A stretch of 63,527 nucleotides of DNA from an uncultured Mycoplasmatota bacterium (GTDB taxonomy: Bacteria; Bacillota_I; Bacilli_A; RF39; UBA660), in assembly GCA_947166445.1 (NCBI GenBank), contig CAMVED010000005.1:1-63527 (forward strand), written 5' to 3'. Positions 51,522 through 60,814 of the stretch are shown piece by piece. The notes below the pieces were generated by a model. It saw nothing but the letters and a program-made list of their open reading frames with translations. It was not told where the DNA came from and ran no database searches. Position 1 is the first letter of the stretch. Every line of letters begins with the position of its first letter. Both the position numbers and the translations under genes were made by a program.

Positions 51522-51956
51522 TTAATATAAGAATTTATCTTTTTCTAAAGTGGTTTCACAGTAATGACATCTATATATCTTTTTATCTTTATCTGTTAAA
51601 TTGAAAACTTGATCTAGATTCCTTTCGATTGATGTAATACATCTTGGATTGTTACATTTACAAACGTTAATTAGTTTTTCAGGTAATTGTAGTTTTTGTT
51701 TTTTTATTATTTTATTGTTCTTTACTACATTTACAGTTACATCTGGATCAATAAATGCTATTTTATCTAAATCTATATCTATTAGTTTTCCTATTTTTAA
51801 TAAATCTTTTGTTTTGGTTTTTTTACTTTTTACATTAGTAATTAATGCTACCTGACATTCTATGTTTTCTAAGTCAAGTAATCTATATATTTTAATAGCA
51901 TTACCTGAAGTTATATGATCTATTACATATCCATTTTCTATTGTATCTATATTCAT
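51522..51956 (-). CDS. pyrI: Aspartate carbamoyltransferase regulatory subunit
   Basis: IENGYVIDHI, CKCNNPRCITS, YRCHYC. Confidence 0.92.
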   Translation of the reverse strand: MNIDTIENGYVIDHITSGNAIKIYRLLDLENIECQVALITNVKSKKTKTKDLLKIGKLIDIDLDKIAFIDPDVTVNVVKNNKIIKKQKLQLPEKLINVCKCNNPRCITSIERNLDQVFNLTDKDKKIYRCHYCETTLEKDKFLY

Positions 51957-52885
51957 TATTTTACCTCCAATAATTTAAGTATTAAAGCCATTCGTATGTA
52001 TACTCCGTTATGAGCTTGTGTAAAATATTTAGCTCTTGGATCGTCATCTACATCTGGATTTATTTCACTTACTCTAGGTAGCGGATGCATTATACATAAA
52101 TCTTTTTTTGCATTATCTAGTTTTTTTCTATCTAAAATATAATAGTCTTTTAACCTTAAATAATCTGCTTCATTAAAGAATCTTTCCTTTTGAACTCTAG
52201 TCATATATAGAATATCTAAATCACTCATATATTCTTCAAGGTTATTGGTTTCAACGTATTCAATATTATTTTTTTCTAATACTTCAGTAATTGTATAATC
52301 TGGTAGTTTTAGCTCATCTGGAGATATTAAGATAAACTTTATATTGTCATATCTAGACATTGCACTTATTATGGAATGAATTGTTCTTCCGAATTTTAGA
52401 TCTCCACATAGGCCTATAGTAAGATTGTTTAATCTTTTCTTTTCTCTACTTATAGTTAAAAGATCAGTAAGAGTTTGTGTGGGATGATTGTGTCCGCCAT
52501 CTCCTGCATTTATAATTGGTACTGAAGCTCTTTTACTTGCTACTACTGGTGCTCCTTCTTTAGGATGACGCATAGCAATTATGTCTGCATAACCACTTAC
52601 TGTTTCTATTGTATCTCCAAGCGTTTCTCCTTTAGCAGTTGAACTAGATCCTGCTTCAGAAAAACCAAGTACTTTCCCACCAAGCCTTAACATTGCAGAT
52701 TCAAAACTTAATCTTGTTCTAGTACTTGGTTCAAAAAATAAAGTAGCCAATATTTTACCATCACATTTATGAGAATATTTTTCCCTGTTAGTGATAATAT
52801 CATTGGCTACTTTAATTAGTTCATCAATTTCTTTTACTGAAAAATCTTTAATGTCAATCAAATTTCTTATTTTTTCTTTCTTCAT
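51956..52885 (-). CDS. pyrB: Aspartate carbamoyltransferase catalytic subunit
   Basis: [36 protein letters not shown]. Confidence 0.96.
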   Translation of the reverse strand: MKKEKIRNLIDIKDFSVKEIDELIKVANDIITNREKYSHKCDGKILATLFFEPSTRTRLSFESAMLRLGGKVLGFSEAGSSSTAKGETLGDTIETVSGYADIIAMRHPKEGAPVVASKRASVPIINAGDGGHNHPTQTLTDLLTISREKKRLNNLTIGLCGDLKFGRTIHSIISAMSRYDNIKFILISPDELKLPDYTITEVLEKNNIEYVETNNLEEYMSDLDILYMTRVQKERFFNEADYLRLKDYYILDRKKLDNAKKDLCIMHPLPRVSEINPDVDDDPRAKYFTQAHNGVYIRMALILKLLEVK

Positions 52886-52947
52886 ATCGATCCTCCTTAA
52901 AAAAATTGTAGCATATTGTTTTTAATATGTCTACAATTATATTTATA

Positions 52948-53400
52948 TCATCTTTTGAATACTGCATTAATACTACTATTTCCTAAATCTGGCAAATCGT
53001 CTATATGCCCTATCTTAGTATAACTATATGACGTATCAAAACTTTTATAGAATATTACTAAACAGTTATCCCCAAATAGCATTACATCACCTTTGTTAAT
53101 ATGTTTTGGACTAACCGGATTACTTGTTAACGAATAGTCTAAATATACATACTTTTCATTACCATTTAATTCATTCATTTTTAAATCTTGTGGTAACTTA
53201 TTTATAAACTCTGTTACTGTTTCATTATTTTCTATGTTCATTGTATATTCTTCATCATTAATTGTTACTTTCATAGAACTAATCACTTCCTTATTATCAT
53301 TTGTCTTTTTTTGTTTTTCTAGTTTATTACAACCAGTTATTAACAATACTGTTAATAGCATTATAATTATTATTTTTCTTTTCATATTTTCACTCATCAT
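52948..53400 (-). CDS. Cyclophilin-like fold lipoprotein
   Basis: Lipobox LLITGC; ELNGNEKY, GDVMLFGDNCLVIFY. Confidence 0.75.
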   Translation of the reverse strand: MMSENMKRKIIIIMLLTVLLITGCNKLEKQKKTNDNKEVISSMKVTINDEEYTMNIENNETVTEFINKLPQDLKMNELNGNEKYVYLDYSLTSNPVSPKHINKGDVMLFGDNCLVIFYKSFDTSYSYTKIGHIDDLPDLGNSSINAVFKR

Positions 53401-53803
53401 TTCCTATTAAAAAACACATAACCATTTTTTCACATTCTATAAAGTAGAGATCATCCAGAAAGAAAAATGGTATATTTCTTATATTTTCTGTTATATTACT
53501 TTTTTCATTTACTGTTAATATCTTATTTACTTTACCTACAGTAAGTTTTATCCAGTGAGATAATCCTTCGATTAAATCTTTATTATCTCCGAATAGATTA
53601 GTTAGAAACTCTTCGAAACTTTGATTAAGTTCTTCTAGAATTAGTTCGTTTTCATTTATTTCATATATTTTTGAAAACTCTTTTTTATAATCTTTTAATT
53701 CAAAACAATCTGCATCTACGTATGATAAACCTATTTGTTTTGAACAAGATGATGCCATATTAACTAGTCCTGAAATATAAGAACTTGCTCTTTTTAAATA
53801 CAT
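53390..53803 (-). CDS. Hypothetical protein
   Basis: ORF with SD AAGGTGA, overlapping the downstream gene. Confidence 0.55.
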   Translation of the reverse strand: MYLKRASSYISGLVNMASSCSKQIGLSYVDADCFELKDYKKEFSKIYEINENELILEELNQSFEEFLTNLFGDNKDLIEGLSHWIKLTVGKVNKILTVNEKSNITENIRNIPFFFLDDLYFIECEKMVMCFLIGNDE

Positions 53804-53876
53804 TTTATCACCTTCTTATTTTTATTATATATTACTAGTTTTTTTATGTAAATAATAAAAAATAACAGTTAAACTG

Positions 53877-54482
53877 TTATTTTAATACTTTTTTATTCCA
53901 ACTTTTTTCATGACATCTTGGACATTTCATATATCTAGTTCTTCCCATGTGCATTGACCAAAATACACTTTGATATGTAGGTATATATTTATGATGACAT
54001 TTATTGCATTCATAGTATCCTGCGATTTGCTCAATTCTAACTGCATATCCTACTCCAACAGCAAAGATGATACTACCTAGTACAATTAATATTATACTTA
54101 CTATTGTTGGCATTTTTATATATGCTGCTATAAATATTAAAGTCATGAAGGTAATTGATGCAGTAAAGCCTATTACGTATTCTAAAGCCAATAACTGACT
54201 ATCCTTTTCTTCTTTTTGTTTTGCTAATTCTAAAAGATTTTCTTCTAACTTTTTCTTATCATTTTTCATATCTACTATTTCACCACTAAAAAGATCATTA
54301 ATAGTTATATTTAATAATTTACAAAGTTCTGGTATTGTCCCAGCATCTGGCATACATATACCATTTTCCCATTTTGAGATTGCTCTATCTGTTATAGATA
54401 ATTGTTCTGCAAGAGTACTTTGAGTTAAACCTTTTTCTTTTCTTTTTTCACTTATAAATTTTCCTATTTTTACTTGATCCAT
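53877..54482 (-). CDS. XRE-family HTH regulator with TM segments and C-terminal Zn ribbon
   Basis: LTQSTLAEQLSITDRAISKWENG; CNKCH...CPRCH. Confidence 0.85.
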   Translation of the reverse strand: MDQVKIGKFISEKRKEKGLTQSTLAEQLSITDRAISKWENGICMPDAGTIPELCKLLNITINDLFSGEIVDMKNDKKKLEENLLELAKQKEEKDSQLLALEYVIGFTASITFMTLIFIAAYIKMPTIVSIILIVLGSIIFAVGVGYAVRIEQIAGYYECNKCHHKYIPTYQSVFWSMHMGRTRYMKCPRCHEKSWNKKVLK

Positions 54483-54792
54483 TAGTATCTCCTTTCATGT
54501 ATAAATTGTATAATCTTTTTTTACTTTTTTACACGAACTAAAGGTTGAGTTATTAATTTTTTACTTTATTTGATTTCCATAATATAAGTTTTATATTAAA
54601 AATATTGTATCAAATTTTTTCTAATGTTACTATTGTTTTTGCACTAATCTTTATTTATTATTAAGTCTTTTAAACTGTAAAGTATGTGTAATCCTGTGGA
54701 TATTTTCTTGTACTATTAAAAATATAAACATATAATTATATATAGAGTTTTGTTTTTAAAATATAAAATATATATAAAAGAAGGTACTACTG

Positions 54793-55275
54793 ATGAATGA
54801 AATAAAAATATATAATGATTTGATTAATAGTGATTTATTAAAACAAGAAAAAAAATATCTACAACACGGTGATTTTTCTGTTTATGAACATTCTTTAAAT
54901 GTTGCTAAAACTTGTTTTTTTATTGCTAAAAAGTTAAAACTTGATATTGATGAAGAGTCATTAATAAAAGGCGCTTTACTTCATGATTATTTTTTATATG
55001 ACTGGCACGAAAAGGAAGATTATCATAAATTACATGGTTTTAAGCATGCAAAATTTTCAAGAAATAATGCTAAGAGAGATTTTGGATTAACTAAAAAAGA
55101 AGAAAACATGATTTTATCTCATATGTTTCCGCTTGGAAAAGTTTTACCTAAATATAAAGAAAGCATTGTTCTTTGTATAGCTGATAAATACTGTGCAACT
55201 TCTGAAATATTATCTTCGAATAAAGTTTTAAAAAGAGCTAAATCATGGTTATTACAATTTAGTTATTATTTATAA
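54793..55275 (+). CDS. HD-domain phosphohydrolase
   Basis: QHG..SVYEHS, ALLHDYFLYDWH, SHMFPL, ADKYCA. Confidence 0.85.
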   Translation: MNEIKIYNDLINSDLLKQEKKYLQHGDFSVYEHSLNVAKTCFFIAKKLKLDIDEESLIKGALLHDYFLYDWHEKEDYHKLHGFKHAKFSRNNAKRDFGLTKKEENMILSHMFPLGKVLPKYKESIVLCIADKYCATSEILSSNKVLKRAKSWLLQFSYYL

Positions 55276-55369
55276 ATAAAATAAAAACAACTTAAAACTT
55301 TTAGTATTTAGGTTGTTTTTTGTATCATCTTTGAAATAATGATTAAATTATAAAACTGTATTTATTCTT

Positions 55370-55810
55370 CTATTCATACTTATCTTCCTCTAACGATGGA
55401 TAAGTCTTTTTTAACATATCTATATATTTATCATTCTTTGATACAATTGTAAAAAAACTAGAATCATAAGATATAATTTCTATATCTGCTAAAGGATGCT
55501 GTATAATAGCTTCTTTCCACAAATCCTTATGATCGTTTGCAAATGGAAAATCATATTTTAATACTTCTTCTTTTGAATATTTTTTAGGTATTCCTGAAAA
55601 CACTCCCCATATCCATTGAGGATCATTATTGCTTTCTATTAATTCTAATAATTCATTTGTTGATAAAAATAAATACTCATCATCTAAAAAATAAGTTTCC
55701 ATGTCTGTAACAAGCCAATTATAATCTAATTCTTTTCCACCTAAAGATTTTAGAACTTTCATCATACATCCATTATAAAAATTTTCATTTTTAAATAAAT
55801 ATCTTTTCAT
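55370..55810 (-). CDS. DUF2691-like hypothetical protein
   Basis: YNWLVTD, QWIWGVFSG, EIISYDSSF; start at MKRYLF after GAGGTG. Confidence 0.55.
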   Translation of the reverse strand: MKRYLFKNENFYNGCMMKVLKSLGGKELDYNWLVTDMETYFLDDEYLFLSTNELLELIESNNDPQWIWGVFSGIPKKYSKEEVLKYDFPFANDHKDLWKEAIIQHPLADIEIISYDSSFFTIVSKNDKYIDMLKKTYPSLEEDKYE

Positions 55811-56283
55811 ATTTTCACCTCTTTTAATAACTTTTGATTTATATCTATAAAACATTCGTGAGTGCAGGTGCATAGCATTATTTCATCATTTTTATTATAA
55901 AACGCTATATCGTCATAGCCAAAATCAGTACTTATTTGTTTGTCTCCTTTGTCGTCATAATAATATTTACAAAAGGTCTCAAAACTTCTTAGGTAATTAA
56001 ATAATTCTTTTGAAGATTTTATTCTATATAACTTATATACATCAGCAGATTTAGTACACCACCATACATTTACTTTTTCCATTTTTAACACATCTTGTTT
56101 TAATTTTTCTACTATTTTATTTTTGTCTACAGTAACTATTTCTATATAAACAGTTTCTTTTTCTAGAAGGTTTAACATTTTTATATATTTATCATGTGTA
56201 TTTAGCTTACCAGTATAGTCTACTAAATATGGTAATTCAGGAAACTCTAGTTTTTGAAGTTTTCCAAAACTTATTTTTTTCAT
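55807..56283 (-). CDS. Hypothetical protein
   Basis: SD GGAGG; DIAFY..MLCTCTHE C-terminus; coupled to the next gene. Confidence 0.55.
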   Translation of the reverse strand: MKKISFGKLQKLEFPELPYLVDYTGKLNTHDKYIKMLNLLEKETVYIEIVTVDKNKIVEKLKQDVLKMEKVNVWWCTKSADVYKLYRIKSSKELFNYLRSFETFCKYYYDDKGDKQISTDFGYDDIAFYNKNDEIMLCTCTHECFIDINQKLLKEVKI

Positions 56284-56303
56284 ATTTGGCCTCCTTTATT
56301 AAT

Positions 56304-56873
56304 CTATTTATTACCTTTACTAAATATATTAAAAGGAAATGTCTTTTTTGGGCTATATTCTAATTCATCGAATGGATATTTTTCTAATTGTGAATACTCT
56401 AGTAATAGTTTTGTTGAATACTTTATAGCAGCTTTTTCTTTAAAATATGGTAAATATCCTATAATTTCATTATTAATCCATTGAAAGTAATGTATTATTT
56501 CGTGAGCGATAGGATCTAAAATATCTGCTAAAGCCACTGATTTATTCTTTGTATTTAATAGTTTTTTATAATCTCCAACAGATATTTCAGCAAAAACATC
56601 TCCGTTTTCAATGTTTTTATAATTTTTTGGAACAGATAGTCTTCCTACAACACTTTCACCTTTTGTTGTTTTAACGTGCTCAGAATTTCTAATATAAACA
56701 TATAGCTTAACTGGAAAAAATATATTTTTTGATAGCCATTTTTGAAAGTTGATACATGCTCTTTTAACTTCTTTGTTAACTCTCTTATCATAAATAAATA
56801 CAATGCCTGATTCTATGCTTTTATATTTTTCTAATGTTTTATTATTACATGATAATCTTGATAAAACGTCCAT
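56304..56873 (-). CDS. Hypothetical protein with HExxH zinc-binding motif
   Basis: IAHEIIHYFQW. Confidence 0.55.
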   Translation of the reverse strand: MDVLSRLSCNNKTLEKYKSIESGIVFIYDKRVNKEVKRACINFQKWLSKNIFFPVKLYVYIRNSEHVKTTKGESVVGRLSVPKNYKNIENGDVFAEISVGDYKKLLNTKNKSVALADILDPIAHEIIHYFQWINNEIIGYLPYFKEKAAIKYSTKLLLEYSQLEKYPFDELEYSPKKTFPFNIFSKGNK

Positions 56874-56960
56874 GATAATACCTCTTTCGCATTAATTATA
56901 TCACATATTGAAATATAATAAAAACTTACAAACTTTTTGTGTCTGTAAGTTGTTTACATA

Positions 56961-57037
56961 TGGGGCGATATGTGGGGATCGAACCCACGCATACTGGAGC
57001 CACAATCCAGCGTGTTAACCACTTCACCAATACCGCC
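56961..57037 (-). tRNA. tRNA-His (GUG) with encoded G-1 and CCA
   Basis: GGCGGTATTGGTGAAGTGGTTAACACGCTGGATT-GTG-GCTCCAGTATGCGTGGGTTCGATCCCCACATATCGCCCCA. Confidence 0.97.
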
Positions 57038-57155
57038 ATAAAAGTACTACTCTATATTATCAAATTTTTGTCTATTTGACAAGTTTTTTTCTGTATTTAT
57101 TGTATTAATTCATAAAATCAATTATACTAATTATATATGGTTAGGAGGTTTTTTT

Positions 57156-58094
57156 ATGCCTGAAGGACAAAAAAGTTTTATTGAAAAATATGGTGTTAAT
57201 TTTACTACTCAAGAATATGTAGTTAATCCTGCAATTGGTCGTGAAAATGAAATAAGAGAACTTTCTTTAGTTTTACTTACTCCAGACAAGAGTGCTATTT
57301 TAACTGGTAAACCTGGTACTGGTAAAACTGCAATTGTTGAAGGTCTTGCTTATTTAATACAAAGAAATGAAGTACCTGATGCTCTTAAAGGATATACAAT
57401 TATAAAAGTTGATACACAAGCTTTAATGGGAACAGATCAAACTACTGGGGATTCTCGTGTTCAAACTTTAATTAATGAGATTCTTGCACATGAAAAATAT
57501 ATATTATTTATAGATGAAATTCATACTTTGATTAATGCTACAAGTGAAAGTGCTCTTGACTTTGCTAATATGTTTAAAACTGGTCTTGGTAGAGGCGACT
57601 TAAAAGTAATTGGTGCTACTACAAGTGATGAGTATGAAAAATATGTTTTACGTGATAAGGCGTTTACTCGTCGTTTCCAAAGAATTAATATTGAAGAACC
57701 AGATAAAGAAATGACTGTAAAAATAGTTACTGGAGTTATTCCACGTATCGAACATTCTACTGGTATTAAGATGGGATATACACCATTTATTTGGGAAAAG
57801 ATTGCTCGTTTTATAGTAGAACTTACTACTGAATATAACCGTGTATATGAAACTGCGGGTAGGTATCCAGATGTTCCTATTACACTCCTTAGTCAAGCAT
57901 TTTCTGAAGCATTATTTGATAATAAAAATGTTGTTACTGTTACTCATGTAAGAAAAGCTATTGAAAATTCTAAAGCAGTATATCCTGATGTTATTCAAAA
58001 ATATTTGCAAGTTTTTGATGTGGAATTTAAAGATTTATTAGATGAAGAAAAAAGGGATCATGAAGGATTAATAAATAATAATCCAATTGTTTAA
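57156..58094 (+). CDS. Stand-alone single AAA+ module of ClpA/B/C D1 type
   Basis: IGRENEI, GKPGTGKT, FIDEIH, IGATT..EY, RRFQ, GRYPD; no N-domain or D2. Confidence 0.8.
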   Translation: MPEGQKSFIEKYGVNFTTQEYVVNPAIGRENEIRELSLVLLTPDKSAILTGKPGTGKTAIVEGLAYLIQRNEVPDALKGYTIIKVDTQALMGTDQTTGDSRVQTLINEILAHEKYILFIDEIHTLINATSESALDFANMFKTGLGRGDLKVIGATTSDEYEKYVLRDKAFTRRFQRINIEEPDKEMTVKIVTGVIPRIEHSTGIKMGYTPFIWEKIARFIVELTTEYNRVYETAGRYPDVPITLLSQAFSEALFDNKNVVTVTHVRKAIENSKAVYPDVIQKYLQVFDVEFKDLLDEEKRDHEGLINNNPIV

Positions 58095-58102
58095 GTTGTA
58101 TT

Positions 58103-58480
58103 ATGAAGAAGTTAAATAGATGTTTTTTATATATTAGGCATATTTCTTTTATAACTTTTTTAATAGCTATAATAATACTATATCCTGCTTTTATGGAATA
58201 TGATTTAGGTAATATTTGTTTTATTATTTCTTTTTTATATATTATTTCTACATTTATTATGTTTTTTATAAAAAACAAATATGAAGAAAGTAATATATTT
58301 AATAATTTTGTTTTATGGTTTATGCACATTTATATTTGTTATGTGTCATACAGATATTATTTGATTAAGGATTATGCTATTACTGGTGATGATATTTACT
58401 TTAAATTCAATTTTTTGATGATTTCTATATGTATGATTATTTTATGTTTTAATAAAGTATTTATTTCTATAGATAATTAA
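58103..58480 (+). CDS. Hypothetical membrane protein
   Basis: About 4 TM segments. Confidence 0.6.
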   Translation: MKKLNRCFLYIRHISFITFLIAIIILYPAFMEYDLGNICFIISFLYIISTFIMFFIKNKYEESNIFNNFVLWFMHIYICYVSYRYYLIKDYAITGDDIYFKFNFLMISICMIILCFNKVFISIDN

Positions 58481-58499
58481 AACTTCACAAATGTGAAGT

Positions 58500-59069
58500 T
58501 TATTTTTTTTGATCATAACCTTTTTTCTTGTAGTCTTCATATAACTCTCTAAACAAATTAAAGTGTACTATTTCTCTTTGTCTTAACCATAGAAGTGGTC
58601 CGATTACGTCTGGATCATCTGTTAAATCAATAAGGTTTTCGTAGACTGCTCTTGCTTTTTGTTCTGCTGCCATATCTTCCATAATATCTGCTACAGGGTC
58701 TCCAGTTGTAGATATATATGTTATTGTAAATGGAACACCATTAGCATCTGTTGGATAAAGAGCTGTATTATGTTCTGCATAATGTCCTTCCCATCCTGCA
58801 GCTTTCATTTCTTCAGGTGTTGCATCTTTTGTTAATTGATAGATGATGCTACTTACCATTTCAACGTGGTTAAGTTCTTCAGTACCTATATCTGTTAAAA
58901 GAGCTCTACCCTTTTCATCTGGCATTGTATATCTTTGATTTAAATATCTTAAAGCTGCTGCAAGTTCACCTTGACTACCTCCATATTGAGTAACTATTAT
59001 TTTTGCAAGTTTAGGATTTTTCTTTTTTATGTTTATAGGATATTGTAAAGATTTTTCATATTTCCACAT
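58500..59069 (-). CDS. cotJC: Manganese catalase family spore coat protein CotJC
   Basis: QYGGSQGEL, DIGTEELNHVE, EDMAAEQKAR, LRQREIVH. Confidence 0.92.
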   Translation of the reverse strand: MWKYEKSLQYPINIKKKNPKLAKIIVTQYGGSQGELAAALRYLNQRYTMPDEKGRALLTDIGTEELNHVEMVSSIIYQLTKDATPEEMKAAGWEGHYAEHNTALYPTDANGVPFTITYISTTGDPVADIMEDMAAEQKARAVYENLIDLTDDPDVIGPLLWLRQREIVHFNLFRELYEDYKKKGYDQKK

Positions 59070-59581
59070 TATCTATTTCCCTCCCATGGCCATTTTTTTG
59101 TATCCCATGCCCAAGGCGTAGCTTCTAGCATTACACTATTTTGGGTAATTGGACCAAAACTATTTTCATATTGTGCTAGAGCTTCATTATACATTCTTAT
59201 ATATTCAGCTCTTTGTCTAATAGCATTTGTATCATTTGGATTTACATCTAGATATAGTCCTAAATCATGGGCAGCAAATCCATACATTTGCATTAATAGC
59301 ATCGCATACTCTTTATCGTTTGTAGGATTTAGTTCTTGAGGTCTATAGTTTTTATATTCATCATATAAATTGTCAAACATATTCCCTCTTGTGAATCCTT
59401 GATAAGGTTCTGCTAAACCATTATTTTTGTTTGTACTACTACTCTTCTTGACTTTATTTTGATTATTATTCATCATTTGATTGGGATTTATCATTTGGTT
59501 TAGATTCATCATTTCATTGCTGTTAGGCATTTGATTTAGATTATTAATATAACTGTAATAATCCATATAGTCATTCATCAT
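59069..59581 (-). CDS. CotJA-CotJB fusion-like spore coat protein with N/Q/M-rich N-terminus
   Basis: PYQGFTRGNMFDNLY (CotJA-like) followed by FAAHDLGLYLDVNP...FGPI...PWAW..WPWE (CotJB). Confidence 0.75.
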   Translation of the reverse strand: MMNDYMDYYSYINNLNQMPNSNEMMNLNQMINPNQMMNNNQNKVKKSSSTNKNNGLAEPYQGFTRGNMFDNLYDEYKNYRPQELNPTNDKEYAMLLMQMYGFAAHDLGLYLDVNPNDTNAIRQRAEYIRMYNEALAQYENSFGPITQNSVMLEATPWAWDTKKWPWEGNR

Positions 59582-59599
59582 ATTTATTCCTCCTAGAGT

Positions 59600-59628
59600 A
59601 TAGTATGAATGTACCTATTTTTTGTATG
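59600..59628 (-). promoter_or_regulatory. SigE-type promoter for the cotJ operon
   Basis: ATA-17 nt-CATACTAT on the minus strand; cotJ is SigE-controlled in B. subtilis. Confidence 0.6.
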
Positions 59629-59687
59629 GGTTATTGTCTATTTTTGTAATTTATTATATAATGTATTTATAGTAAGGAGGAATGAAT

Positions 59688-60176
59688 ATGTACTGGCCAA
59701 TGGCGATAGTTCAAGATTATGAAGATGGTAATGTTAAAACAATGCTTACATATGATAGTTGTTCAGAAGAAGACGCACACAAATGGTTTGATGATATAGC
59801 AAAAGAAGCTAGGGTTTTATTTTCTTATATATATGACAACAATAAAAAAATTATTTATTATGACACTATTTTTGACAAAATGGATAATCTAAAAGAAGGT
59901 ACTATGAATGATAGTAAGTTTTATTCTAGAGCAATAGTACAAAACTCTGAAGATAATTCCTTTTGTAGATGGTATTCTTATGATGAATATAATACTTTAG
60001 GAGAAGCAAAAAGTAGGATTAACGATATAAAATATCAGTTTAGGACATTATTTGCATATGTTGAAAAGTTGGATGATAGTGGTAACAAAAGTATCGCTTA
60101 TTATGAAAACAATGTTGACACATTTGGTAGTGTAAAGTATTGGGATAATGGCAAGAATAACGCTAATAAAAGATAG
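59688..60176 (+). CDS. Hypothetical protein with internal domain duplication
   Basis: AIVQ..ED...YD....EA/DA...DI....R.LF.Y occurs twice; SD AAGGAGG. Confidence 0.65.
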   Translation: MYWPMAIVQDYEDGNVKTMLTYDSCSEEDAHKWFDDIAKEARVLFSYIYDNNKKIIYYDTIFDKMDNLKEGTMNDSKFYSRAIVQNSEDNSFCRWYSYDEYNTLGEAKSRINDIKYQFRTLFAYVEKLDDSGNKSIAYYENNVDTFGSVKYWDNGKNNANKR

Positions 60177-60284
60177 AATTTATACATTTGTATAAATTTT
60201 TTATTTCTTATTAACTTATCCTATAATGCTTTACTATTTGCTTCTTTTATTATATAATTAATGTATTGATAAAGGGGTGCAGTT

Positions 60285-60791
60285 ATGTATTTGTTTTTTA
60301 TGATTAGTGGTTATTTATTTGTAGTAGGACTTTCAATAGTATTTAATTTCTTATTTGAACTATTTCCTATAAATAAATTGACTAAATTTTTATCTCCTTT
60401 GGAAAAAACTACTTTTAATAAGATTAATATTATAATTATTCCTAATATTTTATGGTCTTTAATAGAAATTGTTATTTTAGGTAATAATAAGTTTTTTATA
60501 CTTGGTTTTATACTTAATGTATTTATAAGTATGTGTGTTATGTATGTAATTAAATTTGGATATGATTTAATTGCTAATAGAGAGAGTAATATTGTTAATG
60601 TAGTTGCTATTTTCTTTTCATGTTTTTTTGGATTTTTTTGTAACTATATATGCTTATTAATTGGTGTTAATAAACAAATTAATACTTTATACTCTATTGT
60701 TGGGATATTGGTTTTAATAGGATTTTACTTTATTATTAGATTGTATCCTCCGAAAAGTGAGTTTTTTAGAGGAAACATAATAGAAAAATAA
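60285..60791 (+). CDS. Hypothetical membrane protein
   Basis: About 5 TM segments; SD AGGGG. Confidence 0.6.
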   Translation: MYLFFMISGYLFVVGLSIVFNFLFELFPINKLTKFLSPLEKTTFNKINIIIIPNILWSLIEIVILGNNKFFILGFILNVFISMCVMYVIKFGYDLIANRESNIVNVVAIFFSCFFGFFCNYICLLIGVNKQINTLYSIVGILVLIGFYFIIRLYPPKSEFFRGNIIEK

Positions 60792-60814
60792 AAAAGTTTC
60801 AAATGAAACTTTTT

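Noticed and set aside
54560-54720. dif-like (GATTTCCATAA...TTATATTAAAA) and DnaA-box-like (TGTGGATAT) matches in an AT-rich gap
   Set aside because: The spacer would be 8 nt with mismatched arms, there is a single imperfect DnaA box, and gene orientation does not switch here; consistent with chance in AT-rich DNA.
56940-57040. Prophage/ICE integration at tRNA-His
   Set aside because: No integrase and no duplicated tRNA 3' end seen in the window.
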